From assembly GCA_903865895.1 (NCBI GenBank), contig CAIPLM010000249.1, positions 3,032 through 67,031 on the forward strand: a stretch of DNA of 64,000 nucleotides, written 5' to 3'. The stretch's first letter is position 1, and every line of letters begins with the position of its first letter. The notes under the pieces are model-generated. The model did no database searches, was not told the DNA's origin, and saw only the letters and a list, made by a program, of their open reading frames with translations. The translations under genes and the position numbers were made by a program. Source of the DNA: an uncultured Rhodospirillales bacterium. Lineage in GTDB: Bacteria; Pseudomonadota; Alphaproteobacteria; Acetobacterales; Acetobacteraceae. Below, piece after piece: positions 9,626-17,006 of this stretch.

Positions 9626-10054
9626 ATGCAGCAGTTGATAATCGGCGACACGGGGCGGGACGTGGTCGTTTGGCAACGCTTCCTGGTGTCCATCTGGTTC
9701 GCCCAACAGGACGAAATGCTGCACGGCGTCTTTGACGAGGCGACCGACACTGCGACCCGGGCTTTCCAGACCACCAACGGCCTGCATGATACCGGGATCG
9801 TGGACCGGCTGACCTGCGAGGCGGCCGAAGCTCAAGGACTGAAAACAGTCGATACATCAGTAAGCTGGCTGCCATCGATCGGCACCTTAGTGTGGCTCAC
9901 ATGCCTTGTTGTCCTCACGAGCGTGAGTCTTGTTTCGATTCTGCAGGTGACCCCGACGATTCTTGCGTCGGGCGGAAAGGTTGTGCTGCCGGTGCCGCCC
10001 CAGTTTTTCGGCAATTCGCCCCCGGTCAAGCAATGCCCCGGATGGTTCTGCTGA
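9626..10054 (+). CDS. putative peptidoglycan-binding domain protein with C-terminal TM segment
   Basis: 142-aa ORF in a visibly lower-GC stretch. The N-terminus matches the PG_binding_1 pattern (IGDTGRDVVVWQRFL...HGVFDEATDTATRAFQTTNGLHDTGIVDRLT). A hydrophobic helix follows (IGTLVWLTCLVVLTSVSLVSIL). Confidence 0.5.
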   Translation: MQQLIIGDTGRDVVVWQRFLVSIWFAQQDEMLHGVFDEATDTATRAFQTTNGLHDTGIVDRLTCEAAEAQGLKTVDTSVSWLPSIGTLVWLTCLVVLTSVSLVSILQVTPTILASGGKVVLPVPPQFFGNSPPVKQCPGWFC

Positions 10055-10070
10055 CGCGGAGCAGCCCCGT

Positions 10071-10415
10071 TCAATCCGCGACGTAACGCCCCGACACAAA
10101 CGCATCCGTTACAATCGCGTCCAGCACAGCGGCCCTGCTCCCCTCATCGACATCGACGACCACTCGGGCAAATTGCGGCCGGCCCGACCGCGCGCGATGC
10201 ACGTAGGCCGCCGTCAGGGCGCGAGCCCAGGCCGATCGGCCGCAGCACTGGCAAGCCGCGTGATGCCCGGTGAGGCCACTGGGAGTGCTGACAGCGATGC
10301 GCACGACACCGGGAGGTGGCACAAAATCGTGATCCGTCAGAACAGCGTCCCCCGCCCGCGCGCAGGATGACAGGCCGATAACAACAGGAACGCGCGACTC
10401 GCTGGCATCAATCAT
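10071..10415 (-). CDS. hypothetical small protein with CxCC motif (degenerate CobW/G3E-like?)
   Basis: 114-aa ORF, divergent from the sahR-like gene with only 38 nt between start codons. Contains HHAACQCCG followed by ...RVVVDVDEG..., reminiscent of the CxCC region of COG0523/CobW proteins. No P-loop is visible. Confidence 0.45.
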   Translation of the reverse strand: MIDASESRVPVVIGLSSCARAGDAVLTDHDFVPPPGVVRIAVSTPSGLTGHHAACQCCGRSAWARALTAAYVHRARSGRPQFARVVVDVDEGSRAAVLDAIVTDAFVSGRYVAD

Positions 10416-10453
10416 ATGCTAGACATAAGGATATCTTTATACGATAACAAGTC
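10416..10453. promoter_or_regulatory. AT-rich divergent control region with candidate ArsR/SahR-type operator
   Basis: The entire intergenic spacer between the two divergent start codons is 38 nt (atgctagacataaggatatctttatacgataacaagtc). It is far more AT-rich than the surroundings. It contains the imperfect palindrome AAGGATATCTTT (10427-10438) and ATATC-N7-GATAA (10431-10447). Confidence 0.25.
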
Positions 10454-11422
10454 ATGGAAACCCTGCTGACCGCGCTTCGCGCCGCCGCCGAACCGACGCG
10501 CCTGCGCCTGCTGGCGTTGGCGGCCGGCGGACAATTTTGCGTGATGGAGTTCGCCGAAATCCTCGGACAGTCCCAGCCGCGCCTCTCGCGCCACCTGCGC
10601 CTGCTTGGCGAGGCCGGGCTGCTGGAGCGGGCGCGGGAGGGGGCCAATACCTGGTTCACCCTGCCGCCGGCCGAGAGCGATGCCGGATCGCTGGTCCGCT
10701 CGCTGCTCGCCCGCATCCCCGAGAATGACGAGGCGCTGGCCGCCGACCGGCGCCATGCGGCCCGTGTGCTGGCGGAGCGGGCCCGGGCGGCATCTGAGGC
10801 ATTCCAGCGCACCGGGGCCGATTGGGACGAGATGCGTGCCCTTAATCTTGCGGCCGCCGATGTCGAGCGGGCGCTGCTCGACCTGCTGCCCCCCGCCGCC
10901 ATCGGCCGGATGCTCGATATCGGCACCGGCACCGGCGCCCTGCTGGAACGGCTCGCTCCCCGCGTCTCCTCCGCCCTCGGCGTCGATGCCAGCCGGACGA
11001 TGCTGGCCCTCGCCCGCACCCGCCTCGCCAAGCCTGGCCTCGACCATTGCTCCGTCCGCCATGCCGATATGTACCGCCTGCCGCTGGCCGATGCCGGGTT
11101 CGATCTCGTGGTGCTGCAAATGGTGCTGCATTACGCCGAAGACCCCTCGGGCGTGCTCGCCGAGGCCGCCCGTGTGCTGCGTCCCGGCGGCCGCGTCGTC
11201 GTCGTCGATCTCGCACCGCATGCCGATACCGCGGTGACCACCCGCCTCGCCCATCGCTGGCCCGGCTTCTCCGATGCCGCGATGCTCGAAACTTTTGCCC
11301 AGAACGGCCTCAGCATCCACGCCGCGCAAACCGTGCGCGGCCCGCTCGATGTCCGCATCTGGTCCGCCGGCCATGCTGGCCTCCCCGCCCCTGCCGACCT
11401 TGCCATGGAAGCCACGCGATGA
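10454..11422 (+). CDS. sahR: ArsR-family wHTH fused to SAM-dependent methyltransferase-like domain (SahR-type regulator of the methionine cycle)
   Basis: N-terminal ArsR HTH (LRAAAEPTRLRLLALAA...FCVMEFAEILGQSQPRLSRHLRLLGEAGLL). C-terminal class I methyltransferase fold (MLDIGTGTGALLERL...LRPGGRVVVVD). Its TGA overlaps the metH ATG (ATGA at 11419-11422). The symbol is assigned from architecture and context only. Confidence 0.75.
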   Translation: METLLTALRAAAEPTRLRLLALAAGGQFCVMEFAEILGQSQPRLSRHLRLLGEAGLLERAREGANTWFTLPPAESDAGSLVRSLLARIPENDEALAADRRHAARVLAERARAASEAFQRTGADWDEMRALNLAAADVERALLDLLPPAAIGRMLDIGTGTGALLERLAPRVSSALGVDASRTMLALARTRLAKPGLDHCSVRHADMYRLPLADAGFDLVVLQMVLHYAEDPSGVLAEAARVLRPGGRVVVVDLAPHADTAVTTRLAHRWPGFSDAAMLETFAQNGLSIHAAQTVRGPLDVRIWSAGHAGLPAPADLAMEATR

Positions 11423-14400
11423 CCCGTCTCCCCCTGCTCGATGCCCTCCGCGAGCGCGTCCTCCTCGCCGATGGCGCCACCGGCACCCATTTCCAGGCGA
11501 TGACCTTGGACATCGATCGCGACTACTGGGGCCAGGAGAACTGCACCGATATCCTTTGCCTCTCCCGCCCCGACCTGGTGCGCGAACTCCATCGCGGCTT
11601 CTTCGCCGCCGGCGCCGATATCGTGGAAACCAACAGCTTCGGCGGCTCCCCGATCACCCTCGGCGAATTCGGCCTCTCCGATCGCGCCTTCGAGCTCAAC
11701 AAGCGCGCCGGCGAACTGGCGCGCGAGGCGGCCGAAATGTTCGCCGATGACCGTCCCCGCTACGTGCTCGGCTCCATCGGCCCCGGCACCAAGCTGCCCT
11801 CCCTCGGCAACATCGCGTACGACCCGCTGGAAGACGCCCTCGCCGAGCAGGCCCGTGGCCTCATCGCCGGCGGCGTCGACGCGATCCAGATCGAGACCTG
11901 CCAGGACCCCCTGCAGATCAAGGCCGCCATCAACGGCGCCAAGCGGGCCCGCGCCGCGGCCGGCACCACCACGCCGATCTTCGTCTCCGTCACCGTCGAA
12001 ACCACCGGCACCCTGCTGGTCGGCCCCGACGTCCCGGCGGCGGCGACCATCGTGCATGCGCTCGATATCCCCGTCCTCGGCCTCAACTGCGCCACCGGCC
12101 CGCAGGAAATGGCGGAGCATGTCCGCTGGCTCGCCGCCAACTGGCCCGGGCTGATCTCGGTGATGCCCAACGCCGGCCTGCCGGAACTGGTCGACGGCCA
12201 GGCCCATTTCCCCCTCGCCCCCGATGCCATGGCCTCCTGGCTCGAACGCTTCGTGGCGGAAGACGGCGTGAACCTCATCGGCGGCTGCTGCGGCACGACC
12301 CGCGCCCACATCTCCGCGCTCGACGCGATGCTCAAAAGGCGCGGCGAACCCCGCCCCGCCCCGGTCGAGCGCCGCTCCATCTGGGTCCCCTCCGTCGCCT
12401 CGCTCTACCAGGCCGTGCCGCTGCGCCAGGAGAACGCCTTCTTCGCCATCGGCGAGCGCTGCAACGCCAACGGCTCCAAGAAGTGGCGCGAGCTGCAAGA
12501 GAAGGCCGACTGGGACGGTTGCGTCGCCATGGGCCGCGAGCAGATCGACGAGGGCTCCCACAGTCTCGATATCTGCACCGCCTTCGTCGGCCGCGACGAA
12601 ATCGCCGAGATGAACGAGGTGATCACCCGCTTCACCGCCTCGGTGAACTCCCCCCTGGTGATCGACAGCACCGAAACCCCGGTGCTCGAAGCCGCGCTCA
12701 AACTCCACGGCGGCAAGGCCATCATCAACTCCATCAACTTCGAGGACGGAGAACGCGCCGCCGCCGATCGCATGACTCTCGCCCGCCGCTTCGGCGCCGC
12801 GGTGATCGCCCTCACCATCGACGAAAAGGGCATGGCCAAAACCGCCCGGGAGAAGCTCGACGTCGCCGCCCGCCTGGTTGATTTCGCCTGCACCCAGCAC
12901 GGCCTCCCGCAATCCGACCTGATGATCGACCCGCTGACCTTCACCATCGCCACCGGCAACGAGGACGACCGCAAGCTCGGCGAATGGACGCTCGACGGCA
13001 TTCGCATGATCCGCGATCGCTTCCCCGATGTGCAGATCGTGCTGGGCCTCTCCAACATCTCCTTCGGCCTCAACCCCGCCGCTCGCGCTGTGCTGAACTC
13101 CGTCTTCCTCGATCACGCCGTCCGCGCCGGGATGACCGGGGCCATCGTCCACGTCTCGAAAATCCGCCCCCTCCACCAGATCGCCGCCGAAGAGGTGCAG
13201 GTCTGCGAAGACCTCATCTTCGATCGCCGCCGCGAGGGCTACGACCCCCTGCAACGCCTGCTCGAACTCTTCGCCGACCGCAAAGCCGCCGACGCGGTGA
13301 AGAAAAAGCGCGCCGAGACCGTCGAGGGCCGCCTCAAGGACCGCATCGTCGACGGCGACCGCAAGGGCCTCGCCGACGAGCTCGACGAGGCGCTGAAAAC
13401 CCATGCCCCTCTCGCCATCATCAACGACATCCTGCTCGACGGCATGAAGGTCGTCGGCGAGCTGTTCGGCGCCGGCAAAATGCAGCTCCCCTTCGTGCTG
13501 CAATCCGCCGAAACCATGAAGGCCGCCGTCGCCCATCTCGAACCCCTCATGGAGCGCGTCGAGGGCCAGGAACGCGGCACCATCGTGCTCGCCACCGTCC
13601 GCGGCGACGTGCATGACATCGGCAAGAACCTGGTCGACATCATCCTCACCAATAACGGCTACCGGGTGATCAATCTCGGCATCAAGGTCCCACTGGCCGA
13701 TATGCTCACCGCCGTGCGCGAGCACCAGGCCCACGCCATCGGCATGTCCGGCCTGCTGGTGAAATCCACCGTGGTGATGCGCGAGAATCTTGAGGAAATG
13801 TCCCGTCAGGGCCTCGATGTTCCCGTGCTGCTCGGCGGCGCGGCCCTGACGCGCAACTACGTCGAGGATGATTGCGTCCGCGCCTATGGCTCGGGCCGGG
13901 TCGCCTATGCGCGCGATGCCTTCGATGGCCTGCACCTGATGGATCGCGTCACCGGCAACGGCTTCGATGACTATCTCGCCGCCGTGCAGGCCAAGCGCGC
14001 CGGCAAGGCCCGCAACACCACCCGCACCCTCGGCCAGGCCGCCCCCGCCGCCTTCCGCCCGGTCGATGTCGCCGCCGTTCGCCAACGGCGCCAGGCCATC
14101 ACCCGTGACGTGCCCCCGATCGAGCCGCCCTTCTGGGGCGCCCGCATCATCGAGGCCTCGCCCAAGGCGATCGTGCCCTTCGTCAACGAACGCAGCCTGT
14201 ACCAATTCCAATGGGGCTTCCGCAAACAGGGCCGCTCGCTCGACGAATTCCTCGGCTGGGCCCGCCAGGAACTCCGTCCCGTCATGCGCCGCATGCTCGC
14301 CCTCTGCGACGAGCAGGACATCCTCAAGCCGCAAGCCGCCTACGGCTACTGGAAGGCGGCCGGCCAGGGGAATGACCTCATCCTCTTCGAGCAGGACGGC

Positions 14401-14934
14401 ACCACCGAGGCCGCCCGCTTCTCCCTCCCTCGCCAGCCCAAGGCCGATGGCGAGTGCATCGCCGACTTCTTCCGCGACGTCGACGACGCCCCGCGGCAGC
14501 GTAGCGCGAGCGGCCATATCGAGCGCGACGTCATCGGCCTGCAAGTCGTCACCGTCGGCCAGAAAGCCTCCGACATCGCCCGCGTCTGGTTCGAGGAAAA
14601 CCGCTACCAGGACTACCTCTATCTCCACGGCCTCTCCGTCGAAATGGCCGAGGCGATGGCCGAGAACACCCATAAGCGCATCCGCGCCGAATGCGGTTTC
14701 GCCGGCGAGGACGATCGGGACTTGGAGAAAATGCTCGCCCAGGGCTATCGCGGCAGCCGCTACTCCTTCGGCTATCCCGCCTGCCCGCGCCTGGAGGACC
14801 AGGAGCCGATCCTCAAGCTCCTCGGTGCCGATCGCATCGGCATCTCGCTCTCCGATGAATCCCAGCTGCATCCCGAACAATCCACCAGCGCCCTGGTTGT
14901 GCTCAATCCAAAGGCGAAATACTTTTCGGTATGA
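11419..14934 (+). CDS. metH: cobalamin-dependent methionine synthase
   Basis: The listed ORF starts at 11047. The in-frame ATG at 11419 (MTRLPLLDALRERVLLADGATGTHFQ...) overlaps the upstream stop. The protein contains homocysteine S-methyltransferase, pterin-binding, B12-binding (GDVHDIGKN) and AdoMet-activation modules. 1171 aa. Confidence 0.95.
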   Translation: MTRLPLLDALRERVLLADGATGTHFQAMTLDIDRDYWGQENCTDILCLSRPDLVRELHRGFFAAGADIVETNSFGGSPITLGEFGLSDRAFELNKRAGELAREAAEMFADDRPRYVLGSIGPGTKLPSLGNIAYDPLEDALAEQARGLIAGGVDAIQIETCQDPLQIKAAINGAKRARAAAGTTTPIFVSVTVETTGTLLVGPDVPAAATIVHALDIPVLGLNCATGPQEMAEHVRWLAANWPGLISVMPNAGLPELVDGQAHFPLAPDAMASWLERFVAEDGVNLIGGCCGTTRAHISALDAMLKRRGEPRPAPVERRSIWVPSVASLYQAVPLRQENAFFAIGERCNANGSKKWRELQEKADWDGCVAMGREQIDEGSHSLDICTAFVGRDEIAEMNEVITRFTASVNSPLVIDSTETPVLEAALKLHGGKAIINSINFEDGERAAADRMTLARRFGAAVIALTIDEKGMAKTAREKLDVAARLVDFACTQHGLPQSDLMIDPLTFTIATGNEDDRKLGEWTLDGIRMIRDRFPDVQIVLGLSNISFGLNPAARAVLNSVFLDHAVRAGMTGAIVHVSKIRPLHQIAAEEVQVCEDLIFDRRREGYDPLQRLLELFADRKAADAVKKKRAETVEGRLKDRIVDGDRKGLADELDEALKTHAPLAIINDILLDGMKVVGELFGAGKMQLPFVLQSAETMKAAVAHLEPLMERVEGQERGTIVLATVRGDVHDIGKNLVDIILTNNGYRVINLGIKVPLADMLTAVREHQAHAIGMSGLLVKSTVVMRENLEEMSRQGLDVPVLLGGAALTRNYVEDDCVRAYGSGRVAYARDAFDGLHLMDRVTGNGFDDYLAAVQAKRAGKARNTTRTLGQAAPAAFRPVDVAAVRQRRQAITRDVPPIEPPFWGARIIEASPKAIVPFVNERSLYQFQWGFRKQGRSLDEFLGWARQELRPVMRRMLALCDEQDILKPQAAYGYWKAAGQGNDLILFEQDGTTEAARFSLPRQPKADGECIADFFRDVDDAPRQRSASGHIERDVIGLQVVTVGQKASDIARVWFEENRYQDYLYLHGLSVEMAEAMAENTHKRIRAECGFAGEDDRDLEKMLAQGYRGSRYSFGYPACPRLEDQEPILKLLGADRIGISLSDESQLHPEQSTSALVVLNPKAKYFSV

Positions 14935-14937
14935 GGA

Positions 14938-15085
14938 TTCGAAGGAAGGGCTTCTTTTTGAAAAAAGAAGTGCAGCAGCGCTCTCGCGGATCGAAGCCGA
15001 TCCACTGTCGCTCCCGCCGCCGCTACGCTCCGCTTCGCGTCAGAAGTTTTTTGCTTCTTTTTTTCAAAAAAGAAGCCCTTCTCTT
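14938..15085 (+). repeat. AT-rich composite palindromic intergenic element, copy 1 (divergent centre)
   Basis: Terminal inverted arms gaagggcttcttttt...aaaaagaagcccttc. Internal hairpins cttctttttgaaaaaagaag (14951-14970) and gcttctttttttcaaaaaagaagc (15053-15076). The right end is near-identical to copies 2 and 3 (aagttttttgSttctttttttcaaaaaagaaS). Confidence 0.8.
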
Positions 15086-15992
15086 TTATCTTCTCTCCCT
15101 CCTCTCCGCCTGCGCCGAACCCCCACCCAACAGCGCCGCCGCCTGCGCGCTGGAGCGTCGCGGCGAGTTCCAGCTCAACTTCGGCGACGGTCTGCCCACC
15201 ATTCCGGTCACCCTCGATGGGTCCTCCGGCAACCTGCTGTTCGATACCGGCGCCTCGATGACCACCCTGTCCGCAGTGGCGGCAGCGCGGATGGATCTGC
15301 TGCACAACGGCAACATGCGCATCACCTCCCACGGCATCGGCGGCAAATCCGAGGCGATCGCCGCGGACGTCGCCCGCTTCCGCATCGGTGACATGGAGCT
15401 GCAACGCCGCACCGTCATGGTGATCCCCTTCGAACTGCGCGGCTTCAAGGCCGGCCCGCCCGACGGCCTGCTCGGCTTCGACATCTTCTCGCAGTTTGAC
15501 GTCGAGTTCGATCTGATGACCGGCCGCGGCACCTTCTACCGCCCGCGCAACTGCCCCTCCGCGGTGCCGAATTGGCTGCTCGCCTCCAACCGCTTCGTCA
15601 TCCCCAGCACCACCCCCAGCGGCAAACTGCAAATCGAGGTCGAGCTCGACGGCAAACGCCTGGTCGCCACCGTCGACACTGGCGCCGGCGGCACCCTGGT
15701 CAGCTCGGCGGCGGCAGCGAAGCTCGGCGTCACCGCCCAGCAACTCTCCTCCGCCCGCGCCATCGCCGGCTACGGCGTGGCCCCAACCGACGTGCAAATG
15801 CGCGTCGTGCGTTTCCGCGAACTCCGCGTCGGCCAGGAAACCGCGAAAACCCCCGAACTCGCCATCACCGACCTCCCGCCAGGCGCCGGTGACATGCTGC
15901 TGGGCATGAACTACCTGCGCAACCGCAAGCTCTGGATCTCCCTCTCCTCCCGCACCCTCCACCTCAGCATCCCCCAGGCGCAGACGCGTTAA
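15051..15992 (+). CDS. retropepsin-like (two-lobed) aspartyl protease, probable lipoprotein
   Basis: Two DTG motifs (LLFDTGASMTTL and ATVDTGAGGTLV), as in bacterial retroviral-type aspartyl protease families. Lipobox LLSAC. The start is uncertain. TTG at 15051 gives MLLFFKKEALLFYLLSLLSAC. The listed ORF start, ATG 14931, overlaps the metH stop but would read through the repeat element. Confidence 0.7.
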   Translation: MLLFFKKEALLFYLLSLLSACAEPPPNSAAACALERRGEFQLNFGDGLPTIPVTLDGSSGNLLFDTGASMTTLSAVAAARMDLLHNGNMRITSHGIGGKSEAIAADVARFRIGDMELQRRTVMVIPFELRGFKAGPPDGLLGFDIFSQFDVEFDLMTGRGTFYRPRNCPSAVPNWLLASNRFVIPSTTPSGKLQIEVELDGKRLVATVDTGAGGTLVSSAAAAKLGVTAQQLSSARAIAGYGVAPTDVQMRVVRFRELRVGQETAKTPELAITDLPPGAGDMLLGMNYLRNRKLWISLSSRTLHLSIPQAQTR

Positions 15993-16030
15993 AATTACGA
16001 TATCGAAACAAAATAGACACAGCAATACCC

Positions 16031-16777
16031 TCAATCCCGCGGCAATTTTCGCGGCAAAAGCTTCATCGGCTTCCCCTCCAAATTCGGATACCAAAGAATC
16101 GCCTCCCGCTCCTTCCGCGTGAGCCAACGGCGCCGCACGACTCCCTCTCCCGCACTCGCGGGCTTGGGCTGCGAAGCAGACCAAGGGTGGGGTGAGGGTA
16201 GCGCCCCAGCCTGAGGTGTCGCCTCGTCTCCCTCTCCCGCCCTCGCGGGAGAGGGTCGGGGTGAGGGTGGTGCAGCAACAACAATCTTCGAGCGCTTCCT
16301 CACCAACCGCCCCACACACGGCGCATCAATCGCCAGCAGATGACACACCGGCCGCAGCACCCGCTGCGCCTGCGGACACGCCGCAATCAACGCGGACACC
16401 TCGGTCCGATTGAGATGATGCCCGATCATGGCAGCCGCCATCCGCACATCCTCACCCAACCGCGCCACCCAACCGAACTCCATCGGCAACCGCACCCGCG
16501 GCGCCGCCGACGCGGCACGCACCTCACCAGCCCGCGAAGCCCGCGTCCGAAACACCTCCCCCGCCGCAAACCGCTCCAACACCTTCAGGAAGCGCCACAC
16601 ACTTCGGTTCAGATACCTCTGCACATCCATCGCGCAAGCCGCGCGCGGATGCCCCGTCAGCCGCCACCCCACCAACCCCACCAGCTTGCCCAAAAACCAC
16701 AGCACCGCCGCCGCCAGATCGGCGGGGAGGCCCGGCAGGGTGCCGGAAGGCGCGGAGGTCGTGGCCACAACATTCAT
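16031..16777 (-). CDS. hypothetical protein carrying an in-frame REP-like insertion
   Basis: 248-aa ORF with GC3-rich codons and no family recognised. The segment ...PPSPRPSPARAGEGDEATPQAGALPSPHPWSASQPKPASAGEG... is encoded by the hairpin repeats at 16141-16270. Confidence 0.5.
   Translation of the reverse strand: MNVVATTSAPSGTLPGLPADLAAAVLWFLGKLVGLVGWRLTGHPRAACAMDVQRYLNRSVWRFLKVLERFAAGEVFRTRASRAGEVRAASAAPRVRLPMEFGWVARLGEDVRMAAAMIGHHLNRTEVSALIAACPQAQRVLRPVCHLLAIDAPCVGRLVRKRSKIVVAAPPSPRPSPARAGEGDEATPQAGALPSPHPWSASQPKPASAGEGVVRRRWLTRKEREAILWYPNLEGKPMKLLPRKLPRD
16141..16270. repeat. REP-like GC-rich hairpin repeat pair inside a coding region
   Basis: Two copies of ctccctctcccgcNctcgcggg (16141-16162 and 16229-16250). 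Each is followed by ggggtgagggt (16189-16199 and 16258-16268). The second copy forms the hairpin tctcccgc-cctc-gcgggaga. Confidence 0.6.
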
Positions 16778-17006
16778 GGCCTTTATAATAATACGTGAGT
16801 TAGATCGCCGTCAAGGACAAATATCCATATTCGAAGATTTTTTGCCCCATCACCCCCCGGGCTTCCGGCCGCACACCCCCACGCGCCCGTCCCGCCCTGC
16901 CCCCCATCACCCAGCCGCTCCGGTGGATGAACTTCGGCATCTAGCTTTCGCGGCAATCGCATGTAAACTCGAATAATTGCCACTTCGAGCCGCACGGACC
17001 CCGCCC

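Noticed and set aside
11131-14880. 1249-aa ORF antisense to metH
   Set aside because: It mirrors the metH frame on the opposite strand. Its translation is low-complexity (G/A/E/D/H-rich) with no recognisable domain. This is typical of GC-driven shadow ORFs, whereas metH is unambiguous.
14772-16319. 515-aa minus-strand ORF
   Set aside because: It runs antisense through the metH 3' end, the AT-rich repeat and the aspartyl-protease gene. No domain is recognisable. The protease frame, with two DTG motifs, explains the region.
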